Shown: piece by piece, positions 12,368 to 22,733 of the stretch
Layout: every line of letters begins with the position of its first letter
Position numbering within the stretch: the stretch's first letter is position 1
Source of the DNA: Chloropicon primus
Taxonomy: Eukaryota
DNA length: 64,000 bases
Reading direction: 5' to 3'
Assembly: GCA_023205875.1 (NCBI GenBank)
Contig: CP060755.1
Location: 372,001 to 436,000, forward strand
Made by a program: the position numbers and the translations under genes
The notes under the pieces: model-generated
What the model saw: only the letters and a program-made list of their open reading frames with translations
What the model was told of the DNA's origin: nothing
Databases searched by the model: none

Positions 12368-12385
12368 TGGTGTTCTATAACACCA
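12368..12385 (+). terminator. Candidate histone-mRNA 3' stem-loop GGTGTT-CTAT-AACACC
   Basis: 6-bp stem and 4-nt loop, GG...CC base, top T-A pair, CCAAA 5' flank and AC 3' flank, about 110 nt after the H4 stop. Confidence 0.5.
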
Positions 12386-12792
12386 CTGATCCCGGCGAAA
12401 GCTTATCAACTGCAGCAACACACACACACTTGTTTCCCCAGTAAACAAGAGCCCCGCTCGTCCAAGAGATGGCTTTAGGCAAACTGTCTCTCTCGTGCGC
12501 GCGCTTTCACCGTTCCGCCCACCGAATCGGTGCGAGAGAGACTCTCCATCTCTCAAAGCCAAACAAAGGGAACAGCCAATCCATCCATCAAGCAACGCTG
12601 CGCTTGTGTCCAATGTCTCGCATGCAGGCCAAGGGATGAGAATGCTGATGCTCTCAAGCCCTCCTCTCTCACTCTGGGGAGCCGCAGGGACAGAAGCGTG
12701 TACTCACTTTCAAAACAAAAATGGTTCGTAAGTGTTCATAATAATACATTTATTGATTCCTATCGTAGTAGTGGCACAAGCTGGGTGGGCAA

Positions 12793-13152
12793 TTAGGCAG
12801 AGGTGTACTTGGTGACCGCCTTGGTTCCCTCGGAGACGGCGTGCTTGGCCAACTCTCCTGGAAGGATGAGCCTGACAGCGGTCTGGATCTCCCTGGAGGT
12901 CACGGTTGGCTTCTTGCTGTACCTGGCGAGCTTGGAGGCCTCGCCGGCGATCTTCTCGAAGATGTCGTTGATGAAGGAGTTCATGATCGACATGGCCTTG
13001 GAGGAGATACCGGTATCAGGGTGCACCTGCTTGAGGACCTTGTAGATGTAGATCTTGTAGGTCTCGACCTTGGCCTTTCTCTTCTTGGTGCCGGAAGCTC
13101 CCTTCTTCACGGTCTTCTTGGCAGGCTTCTTGTCAGCTTTCTTTGGTGGCAT
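12793..13152 (-). CDS. H2B: Histone H2B
   Basis: [25 protein letters not shown]...AVTKYTSA. Confidence 0.99.
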   Translation of the reverse strand: MPPKKADKKPAKKTVKKGASGTKKRKAKVETYKIYIYKVLKQVHPDTGISSKAMSIMNSFINDIFEKIAGEASKLARYSKKPTVTSREIQTAVRLILPGELAKHAVSEGTKAVTKYTSA

Positions 13153-13583
13153 CTTGAATGAGGTGTTACTTTCTTGGGGGTGTTGTGCGACGAGTGGCTC
13201 GTTGTTCTGGTCAGCCAAGGTACCCTGCGCCCGCCTCCAGTCACCTCCTCCATCATCGTTTCAAGCGGAGGAGAAACCGAAGTCTCCCTTTTGAAAACAA
13301 AACGCGGGAATTTCGAAAGGGAGACACGCGACGGACATCGTAAAAGACTCTATTGAAAAGACGTCTTAAAGGCCCAATCTTGGGTTTTGACAAAAACGAA
13401 ATGGTTTCAACATTTCCGTATTCGGTTTCGCTTTCGCTTTCGTCGCGATGGCGTCCGTGTTCCAGGGCGGGCCCCGGTGCGCAGTCGATCAAACGCAAGG
13501 TGAACGCCGTCGCACACTACAGCACGAAGCGAGCGAGTCAAACAAACACTTCTTCACACAACCAACACTTGTACTTGACCGTC
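13153..13583. promoter_or_regulatory. Bidirectional H2B/H2A promoter with E2F-like, TTTCGAAA and CCAAT motifs
   Basis: Divergent pair; CGCGGGAA 13303-13310, TTTCGAAA 13311-13318, CCAAT 13374-13378. Confidence 0.55.
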
Positions 13584-13955
13584 ATGTCCGGAAGAGGAAA
13601 GGGAAAGAGCGGCAAGAAGGCCGTGACCAAGTCCGCCAAGGCTGGACTCCAGTTCCCAGTGGGAAGGGTCAGAAGGTATCTGAAGAGCGGAAAGTACGCC
13701 ACCAGGATCGGATCCGGTGCCCCTGTGTACTTGGCCGCCGTCCTCGAGTACCTCGCCGCTGAGGTTCTCGAGTTGGCCGGAAACGCCTCCAGGGACAACA
13801 AGAAGTCCAGGATCATCCCAAGGCACATCCAGCTCGCCATCAGGAACGATGAGGAGTTGAGCAAGTTGCTCTCCACCGTCACCATCGCCGCTGGTGGTGT
13901 CTTGCCAAACATCCACTCCGTCCTTCTCCCAAAGAAGTCCGGAAAGAAGGCCTAA
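13584..13955 (+). CDS. H2A: Histone H2A (canonical, no SQ tail)
   Basis: [45 protein letters not shown]. Confidence 0.99.
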   Translation: MSGRGKGKSGKKAVTKSAKAGLQFPVGRVRRYLKSGKYATRIGSGAPVYLAAVLEYLAAEVLELAGNASRDNKKSRIIPRHIQLAIRNDEELSKLLSTVTIAAGGVLPNIHSVLLPKKSGKKA

Positions 13956-14270
13956 GGGTTGGGGTTCTCAAAAAAGAAGAAGAATGTATTTCTGTATCTA
14001 TTGTGATTCTGTATTATAACGTCCAAAAACAAAACGCTTGCTGTTCTCCGACTAACTTGTCCGGCCCGCACCGACTTGCTCGTTTCTGTGCCAATTCACA
14101 ACCGACCAGCTTTCCTCCTCCTACCCCATCACACACACACACTAAACATGACGATGGTGGATGATGATGATGGTGACCAGTTTCTTCCCCAAGATCCTCT
14201 GCGTGTGGGTGAATTGAGCCCAGGCCTCAAGGTCAACCCCCAATCCGTCCACAATTTGCTGTGTCCCCCC

Positions 14271-14295
14271 CACCACACCACACCACACCACACCA
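14271..14295 (+). repeat. (CACCA)5 microsatellite
   Basis: Read directly. Confidence 0.85.
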
Positions 14296-14621
14296 CGGGC
14301 AGGGAGGGCGCTCTCAAACCAGGAATCCGTGGCGTGCTGCCTCCTGGAAGTCGGGAGGGAGAGAAGAAGGGAGAGGAGGGAGGTGATGGTGATGGTGATG
14401 GCGGGGAAGGAGGGGGACGGCGGTGGGAGGTCGAAGGACAATGAATTCACGCTCCTCTCCCTCTTTCCAAAGAACCCTCGCTTGATGGGGTAACCGGGAA
14501 AGAAGGTCATGGATCATCACTGATCAGGCCAAAAGGGCTTCCCTCTCCCAGATCTCCCTGCTCTTGCTCTGCCAGAAGATAAGGTAAGGTAACAGCGGAG
14601 AGAGGAGGTCGAGAGGGAAGA

Positions 14622-15995
14622 ATGGGGAGCAAGTACTTGTGCGCGTCGTGCGGAAGCAGCCACACGGCGATCATCTTGAGCGAGAAGAATGCCGTGTTCA
14701 CGTGGGGACGCGGGGAGGACGGACAGCTCGGTCACGGCGACGCGGAGTCTCAAATCGTGCCGGCGCTCGTGCAGGCCCTGGAGGACAAGGAGTGCGACGA
14801 GGTCGTGTGCGGGGCGGAGTACACGATAGCCGTGTCGCACAAGAGGCAGAAGATTTGGAGTTGGGGCTGGGGAGACTTCGGTCGTCTCGGCCACGGCAAC
14901 CCGACGGACCTCTTCATCCCCAAGCAAGTGTCGAGCCTGTGCGATGTCAAGATAAAGATGGTGGCTTGCGGCGATTCGCACACCATGGTGGTCACGGGCG
15001 ACGGGTCCGTCTTCAGCTTCGGAAGGAACCAGAACGGCCAGCTCGGGCTCGGCAGCAAGATCGACAGCATGCTTCCCACGCAGATAATGGACTTGAAGGA
15101 CCACCAGGTCGAGTCCATCGCGTGTGGCGCGGAGCACACGGTGGCTTGCACGTCCAAGGGAAAGACGTTTGCGTGGGGGTGGGGGCTTTACGGCAACCTC
15201 GGCCTCGGCGACAACGAGGACAGGTAAGGCGGGAGGCCCGCAATCACCCGTAACGGTTGGAGCGCGCGGGGGGGGGCGTGGAGCGAAGTGAACTCCTTTC
15301 TTGGCTTGGGAGGTAAGACTGACTCTTTCGCGTTTTCATTCTTTCGCAGGCTGCACCCCTCCGAGGTCCAGAGCCTGACGGCCTCGAACACCTTCATCCA
15401 GACGGTGGCTTGTGGCTGGAGGCACTCCTGCGCCGTGACCGACAAGGGGGAGCTGTACACCTTCGGCTGGAGCAAGTACGGGCAGCTCGGGCACGGGGAC
15501 AACGAGATCGCGGCCACCCCCAAGAGGGTGGCGGCCCTGGAGGGCCGGACCGTCGTGAACGTGAGCGGCGGCTGGAGGCACACCATGACGTCGGACTCCG
15601 AGGGCAAGGTGTACGCCTGCGGCTGGAACCAGTACGGCCAGGTCGGAAACGGAAACAACGAGGACGTGAACACGATGACGGCCATCAAGGCGCTCCAGGA
15701 CGAGTTCGTCACCTTGGTCAGGTGCGGTTGGAGGCACTCTGTCGCCATCACGAAGTCGGACAAGCTCTACTCCTTCGGAAGAGGCGTGCACGGGCAGCTG
15801 GGGCACCCGCAGAGGAAGGACTTCAGCGTCCCCACCCTGCTCACGGGCCTGGACGGCGGCGTCGGGGCCGGATCGAGGCCGGCGGCCCAGGCCAAGGACG
15901 CCGTCCTGATCTCGGCCGCGGATAGGTACGCCACCGTTCCGGACAACCCGACGCCGGGCCAGGGCGCCGCCAAGAAGCTCAAGACGGATCCGTGA
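14622..15995 (+). CDS. UVR8: UV-B photoreceptor UVR8; exons 14622-15223 and 15350-15995, 415 aa
   Basis: RCC1 repeats with three GWRH[S/T] motifs, WGWGDFGRLGHG, C-terminal RYATVPD (VP motif); GTAAGG...CTGAC...CAG intron. Confidence 0.93.
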
Positions 15996-17059
15996 GCGTA
16001 GTCGAAGGTGGGAGGAAAGAGGAAAGGGGAAAGGGAGGGACATGTAATAATTGTTGTTGAATGGACAATGTTTTCCAGCAGCAAGAAAAAAAAAACCGGA
16101 TTCCAGATCAACACCAATATCGATATCAATATCAATCAGAGGTGTTGTATCTATATCTATTCACACACACAACAACAGCAACCCACACGTGCATGCATGC
16201 ATGCATTGAGAGAGAGAGAGAGAGAGAGAGGGAGAGAAGAGAAGAGCTCCTTGAGGATGTATGTATGTCAATTATTTTCTTGAGGAAAGTCCGTCCGTCC
16301 ACACCACACCTTCCATTGATGGATGGATGGAATGGGATGGATCCAATCCATTCATTCTACCAAGGAGAAGGAAGGAGCAAACTACACAATCCACAATCCA
16401 CAGTCCTTAGTCATCATCCCACCATCGGTCATGACAGCCTCCTCACGCGCCATTGATAGGTCATCGTCCCAGTAAAAATAACGTCTTTAACAGAACCTTA
16501 ACTCTCAGCCTCTCCTTCGGTGTTGCAAAGCAGAGAGGAGCAAAAAAAACGGACGGTCCCTTCGCGCTCGCGCTGTCGGGGTCCAAAGTAATCTCCAGGA
16601 AGAAGAGAAACAAAGGGCGTACGAACGGTGAGGCCCGCTAGATTCACCTCCCTCCCTGTTACAGGACCTCCAAACACTCGGGGAGCTCGTGTTCGTTTTC
16701 TCGGTGAAGTAATAAGGTAATCACTATCGAGTCCTCAGCTCAGCTCACGTGAACGCTGTTACGTGTTCGCTCGTGTTGCTCCGGGCCGGGTCTGGTCTGG
16801 TCTTGAAGTTCTAACCTCTTCCCTCGTACTTCGTTACTTCTTTCCTCCTTCCTCTTCCTCTTCATCTCTCTTGTTCTCCCACCAGTGGTCGTGGTCGTGG
16901 TTGTGGGTGTTGCCAACTTCGACTTCGACTTGGCCCCAAGCCCGAAGGACGAAGGGGCAGACGAAGTGCCAGCGCACGAGTGGCCGAAGAATTTTGGCGG
17001 CACGACTTGGGAGGTGGTTTCTGCGCCTTTCTTGGTTGGGGAAGGGCGGGCCTCGTGCC

Positions 17060-17222
17060 ATGAGCTCGGGTAGCAGAAACAAGATGGCAAAAGTTCGGAA
17101 AAGGGTGAACAGGTTCGACGAGTTCGAGAAGGACTTGCTGGAGCGGAAGTACGTGCATCGACTGGGGCAGTTCGAGCCCTCGGACGGCGGGGGAAACCCG
17201 TCGCCAGAGACCCGACTCAAAA

Positions 17223-17263
<41 letters not shown>

Positions 17264-18628
17264 TTTTGCAACTTGTCTTGTGGCCTTTTTGACGAAACGC
17301 ACTACACAACACCCAACCCCGGCAACCGCAGGTTCAAGGCGAACAAGACCCCCAGCTCAGAGGCCTGCCAGGAGATAGCGAACCTGATCAACGACAACAG
17401 GAAGAGCAAGAACACGACGGAAAAGAACGGAGCCATGTTCGTGCTGACGGGGAAGCAGATAAAGTTCTGGTTCGACCACAGGCGAAGGATACAGAACCAC
17501 GGGACGTACAAGCCCCTGAAGCCGGGCTCGAGGAGCTCCAAGAAAGCCTCGACGCCAAAGAGGTCGACCAAGACCGTGAAGGCGGAGCAGAAGAGCGGCG
17601 CCAAGCAGGTGGCGGGGAACCTCAAGGAGGAGTCGAAGCGCCAGCAGCCCGCCAAGGGCCAGCAAGCCTCTGCGAGGCAGCCTGCCGCGGAAGACCAGGG
17701 TGTCGCGAGCACCAGCGGCTCCAAGTCAACAACAGGCCCGGAGATGACGAGCTTGCCGTCCTGGATGCACTCCTTCCAGCTCCTGCCCTTGATGTCCACG
17801 ATGAAGTACGCGACGTATCCCCCGGGGACGGTGATCATCAAGAACGGGGAGCTCTCGGACGACCTGTATTTCCTTCTCAAGGGTTCTGTGAAGGTGATCG
17901 ACGTGAACAACAACGAGGTCGCGGAGCTCAAGGAGGGAAGCTTCTTCGGGGAGATGGGAGTCATTGACAAGGGCCCGAGGACTGCCACCGTGGTTGCGGA
18001 GGACCACTGCCACGCCTTCATCATGTCGGGAGAAGTGGCCAGGGACATGCTGGAGTGCGAGCCGGTGGTGAGCAAGGACGTGGTGGACCAAGCGACCAGC
18101 CGGCTTCTTGACTTGCTCAAGGCCTACGAGACGTCGCCAGCGAGCAAGTTGGTCGGCGCCAACATCCTGAAGTTCAACGTGTACAAGAAGGGGCAAATCA
18201 TCCTCAAAGAGGGCGAGTACACGGATGACTTTTACTTTTTGAGCAAGGGGAGCGTGGTGGTGACGAAGCAAGGGAACTACATCAGCAAGCTCAACGAAGG
18301 AACGTTCTTCGGGGAGATGGCAGCCTTGTGCAGTGGGGCGAGGACGACCACCGTGACTTCGGCCGAGGACTGCGAGGTCTTCTTGCTCCCGGGCGAGATC
18401 TTGAGGATGCTCTCCAAGGACGACAAGGACCTGAAGAATGGCATTGGGGAGACGCTGAGGAACGTCGTTTTCGCAAGGGCGTATGACACAATGATGGCGC
18501 TGACTGATAACTCGATCAGGCCAACGACCGCGGATATCGCTGTGTCAACGATGACCATGAGTGCTGACCTCAAGCTGGCCCTGTTCCAGCTCCTCAAATG
18601 TATACATAACGTTACTGTGAACATATGA
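17060..18628 (+). CDS. Homeodomain plus two cyclic-nucleotide-binding domains; exons 17060-17148 and 17332-18628, about 461 aa
   Basis: Spliced RKRVNRFDEFEKDLLERKFKANKTP...LTGKQIKFWFDHRRR; two cassettes FFGEMGVIDKGPRTATV and FFGEMAALCSGARTTTV. Confidence 0.85.
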
Positions 18629-19360
18629 TCATGATTGGGTGTGAGATTAATTTGATTAGAGTGAGCGTAAAGGAAGAAGCGAATTTGATTGTAATTTGTT
18701 AGCGTGATTTTTCTAAAAAACAAAACGCTCGTCGTTTCGTTTTCGATAATGCTGCTCTCAAGCTGCTAAAACTCCCCTCCCTCTCTCTCTCTCTCTCTCT
18801 TGGAAATTTCGACAAACCCTTTTCCCTCCTCTGACCCACCATTGACTCTCTGAAAAACCAGAGAGAGAGAGAGAGAGAGAGGTTCTCTCCCTCTTCTTGT
18901 TGTTGTTGCTGTTCACGAGTTAAAAAGCTACGCCTAAGAAGGAATTAGCACTGCGGAAAAGTTCACCCCCACCCAAGAGCAGAATGCAGAATTCGGCCGG
19001 CCGAAATATATTTGAATAGAGGCGAGATTTCATACCAAGGACGGGGAGTGGGAGAGGCACGAGGAACTCAAGGGAAGAGACTTTCTTCGACTTTGCTTTG
19101 GTCTTGAGGCTTTGGTTTCTGGTGAGGACTTGACTTGGTGGTTCACCTTGTTTTTGAGCAACTTGAATTGAGCAAGGCAGAAAGGCTTTTCGGGTTTTTT
19201 GTCCGAGTTGTTTCGCAAGAGGACAACAAACGAGGCGGAGAGGGGAGAACAAAACGGGACAGATTCCATTCTCGTCTGATCTCTTTGGAAACGGAACAAG
19301 TCTGGCTAGGTTGTTCTGAACGCAAAACCTTTAGGAATTTAAGAGCACAAGGAAGAAAAC

Positions 19361-19964
19361 ATGGCTTCTCAAGGGGCACAGCTTCAGAACTACAACAACG
19401 AACTCGTCAAATGTAAGTTTTTTGTGTGGGACTGCCGTTCATCCTGGCGCTGCCTCGGCTCGGGAGAGAGACGGGGCGGGGAGCGCTCGAATTGCCTTCC
19501 TTCTTTGCAGGTGCTGCAGCGTCTTTGCGCCCCGCTCTGCTTTCTCTTGCCAGGTGCTTTGCTGCCCACAGACCAAGCAACGGTTTGGTGGCTTCCCCCA
19601 AAAAAGGTTTCAGTTAGTTTTATTTTTGCTGACTCCCTCGCTTTTGCTTTTGTCTTGAAACCTTGGCTTGGGCTGCTCAGGCATCGAGGATCTTCGCGAG
19701 AAGAGGGAGGAGATCAATAGGACTCTGGCAAGTGACGAGCAAGAGAAGGCCAAGATTCAGAATGACCTTGCCATCTTGACGAGGAGGCTGGCCCACCTTA
19801 ACGAGAAGCTCTCCAGGCAAATTGCTTCCAGGAACGAGTACGATAGGACGATTCAGGAGACGGAGGCTGCGTATAGCAAGATCCTTGAATCTTCACAGAC
19901 TTTGCTTACGGTCCTCAAGCGTGAAACTGTAAACATAGCAAAGAAGAGACAGTCGTCATCGTGA
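19361..19964 (+). CDS. DIP13: SSNA1/NA14/DIP13 microtubule and basal-body coiled-coil protein; exons 19361-19412 and 19681-19964, 111 aa
   Basis: [25 protein letters not shown]...[29 protein letters not shown]...CTGAC...CAG intron. Confidence 0.95.
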
Positions 19965-20068
19965 TTTTCTTCCTCGCGGGACAGAGAGAACGGAGAGGAC
20001 GCCACTATGAAAACTAAGACACGAAGTAAAAAAGGTTATTAGAAAAAATTTCATATTTCGGACGCGCG

Positions 20069-22342
20069 TCACTGCATCGTGATCATGTTAAGTAGCTGAC
20101 TCGTTTGAAGAGGCGAAAGCGCGTGGATGCTGTGGGCACGCAACACGCTCAAGCTCTCGCTCTCCTTCAGGCTTCCTATTTCTTCCAACAGAGCTTGACC
20201 CTCCCCAGACCCCATGGACAGGACCTCGCTGGCTTCGACCATCAGCTTGAAATAGGCTCTGGGCCGCCTCGAGAATTCCTCAAAAGCGCTCACGAGGAGT
20301 GGCACTACTTTCGCAAGAACGGCCGCCGTGCCGTGGTTATGCTGAACCCCCAGTGCGACCTTGTTGAAGAGCTGGGTGTTGATACACGCGGCAGCGGACG
20401 TCCAAATCACTCGGTACACGTCTGACGTCACTTTAGGCCTCACCTCTCTCAGCTGGACCACAAGGTCATCAAAGATCATCAGAAAGTCGCCGAGAATCGT
20501 GTCCTCGTTGATCTGGGACTTGCCTTCCTGCAAGAATTTCAACTGTTTCCTGAAGTTGCTCACCCCGCCAGACTCAAACTCCTTCGTCAAAAGGGAGACC
20601 AACTTGCGAGTCCAATTTTGTATGTGGCTCACAAACCCCTTGGCGTTCTCTTTGAAGCACTCGACACCACTTGTGTGTCGATCGTAAATGCATTGGTCCA
20701 GCACAACTCCTTCCACGTACGCGGCAGAGGCCAGGCAGCTCGCTGTCGCTTGGATCGCAGAGTGCCTGCTGGTATCGCCATAAGGGTCATAAGAATCCAC
20801 TCTCCAAGACAATTTCTTGACCAAAACCTGAAGAAGAGGACAGCACAAGGAGTCCAGGAACTCTGCCCTCTTTGCATCAGGGAAGGACCTCGAAAAATTG
20901 ATGCACTCCGTCAAAAGGCCACACAACTGCTCCACGCATAGAGGAACTCCGTGGCCTTCAAGGTCAGCATCAGGGGAATCCAAGTCACGGAGACTAGAGT
21001 CCTCGGAAAGTGGCTCAGTGTCCCACGCGCCGGACTGCTTGAATAAGCCTTCAGCCTTGTCCACAAGAAAATCTCTTTCGGCTCCTATCCAATCATAAAA
21101 ATACTCCTCTCTGAGCAGCACGTTGATCAGGATGCCAAAGTCCCAAGAGCAAAGTGGAGAAAAGGGGTTTTGGCTGTAGAAGGACTCTCGCGAGGATGGG
21201 TTCAAAAGCTCCGCAAACTTCAAGTCGAACTCCCGAACCTTGTTTGCCAAGTGAAGCAGCAACAGACTGAAGTCCTGAGCTTGCGACGGCTCTTCGCCAG
21301 AGAAAGCCTCTCCAATTTCCAAGTACTGAGGAAGGATTTGCTGCAGTGTGCTCGTCACGCCCAAGGCAAGCTCTTGCGGGATCGAGTAGATGTCCTCGAG
21401 GCCTGTCCCCTCTATTGCTCTCGACAGCGTTTTCCCCTCACTCTGCAGGACGGTCGCCGCATGCAAACCGTATCTTAGCAGCCACTCAGGTTTATCCAGG
21501 CGGAAGGTGCCACCTTGCTGTCCGAAATGAAAGCAGATTTTTCTCTTGAACTCGTCCAAGAGCGGCTCGGTCATCCACAAGCTCTGCTTCGCCACAAATG
21601 CCCCTGCATTCTTCGCCGTGCCTTCCTCGGACAAGTCCATATGAGATTTTTGGAGGGCACACAAATGCCGCAAGGAGGTGCAAAGCAGCGTAAACGTCGA
21701 AGGGTCCCTCGCTTGCATTGATTTGAGGACGCCCCTGGCCTCTCCCTCGCCCTGGGGGGCGCTACCTGGTGACAAGTGTATCCGAGGTGGCCAGGCCTCG
21801 CACTTGGTTGACAGGACTCGTCGAAGGAACTTCTCGAGCTCTCTCCTTATTTGCTGGCACATGGACAGCAGATACGACCGCGTCGCCCCCGAGAATGGAA
21901 AGAGTTCGCCGCCATCGGATCGCCCCATCTTCTTCTTCCCTGTCCTATTCTCGCTGAAACTGGTGCAGATGACTTGCATCACTTCGATGGTAGACCTGAA
22001 GCCCTCGAGCTTCAGGTGCAGGTCACTCGTCACACCCTGGAGCTCAGCGAGCGACCTCGCCAAATCATCCTTCAGACGAATCACGTCACCCTGAAAGCGG
22101 AGGTCGCTCTCAGCCTGGTGAAGGAGCACCGAGTCTCCCAGCTTTGACACAAACGAGTCGTAGCTGTACCCACTCAACCCCTCACCAGCGTCTTCGGCCT
22201 CCCGGTTCGCCGTCCCAGGCTCCGCCCCCTTCACCCGACACTGTCGCTCGAACTCTTCCGCGATCTTCCTTGCGAGGACCTCCCTCCTCTCCCTCAGACC
22301 CACCAGCTTTCCCTCCTCCGCCGCCAGGTTGCCGTCCTTCAT
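20069..22342 (-). CDS. RINT1/TIP20/MAG2-family ER tethering protein
   Basis: FHF-x6-RLDKPEW signature; N-terminal coiled coil; 757 aa. Confidence 0.8.
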   Translation of the reverse strand: MKDGNLAAEEGKLVGLRERREVLARKIAEEFERQCRVKGAEPGTANREAEDAGEGLSGYSYDSFVSKLGDSVLLHQAESDLRFQGDVIRLKDDLARSLAELQGVTSDLHLKLEGFRSTIEVMQVICTSFSENRTGKKKMGRSDGGELFPFSGATRSYLLSMCQQIRRELEKFLRRVLSTKCEAWPPRIHLSPGSAPQGEGEARGVLKSMQARDPSTFTLLCTSLRHLCALQKSHMDLSEEGTAKNAGAFVAKQSLWMTEPLLDEFKRKICFHFGQQGGTFRLDKPEWLLRYGLHAATVLQSEGKTLSRAIEGTGLEDIYSIPQELALGVTSTLQQILPQYLEIGEAFSGEEPSQAQDFSLLLLHLANKVREFDLKFAELLNPSSRESFYSQNPFSPLCSWDFGILINVLLREEYFYDWIGAERDFLVDKAEGLFKQSGAWDTEPLSEDSSLRDLDSPDADLEGHGVPLCVEQLCGLLTECINFSRSFPDAKRAEFLDSLCCPLLQVLVKKLSWRVDSYDPYGDTSRHSAIQATASCLASAAYVEGVVLDQCIYDRHTSGVECFKENAKGFVSHIQNWTRKLVSLLTKEFESGGVSNFRKQLKFLQEGKSQINEDTILGDFLMIFDDLVVQLREVRPKVTSDVYRVIWTSAAACINTQLFNKVALGVQHNHGTAAVLAKVVPLLVSAFEEFSRRPRAYFKLMVEASEVLSMGSGEGQALLEEIGSLKESESLSVLRAHSIHALSPLQTSQLLNMITMQ

Positions 22343-22733
22343 CTCTCTGTCTCTCTCTTCTATCGAACGACGACAGAGAACTTCAAATCATCCAAACGAA
22401 ATATCATACGAAAGCCCTCGAGATGATGCTTCCTTTCGTGACACCTCCCTCCCCTTCCCTTTCCCCTCCCGCCCTTCACTCCTTGGCGAAACCGTGCCCC
22501 CCTCTCTCAGCCTCCCCCTGTCTGGATCGTCTGCAATATGGCGAAGAGAAGCAGCAGAGGGAGGAAAGCGCGCGAACGAGACCGAGACGAAGGGAGAGGG
22601 AGAGGGAGAGGGACGATGGCGAGGTGGTCTAGGACAAGGATTACCTGTGATCGGTAAAGGTGGTGACGGTTGACGGAGCTCGAGGAGGAGGAAGGCGGGC
22701 GAAGGGAGGTGTGTGGTGGCGTGGAGGAGGAAG

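Noticed and set aside
14440..14520. Box C (GTGATGA, minus strand, 14520-14514) as a possible snoRNA
   Set aside because: No box D (CTGA) or terminal stem at a suitable distance.
16763..17059. N-terminal extension of the homeodomain-cNMP ORF
   Set aside because: Non-ATG start through low-complexity leader; the first ATG is at 17060.
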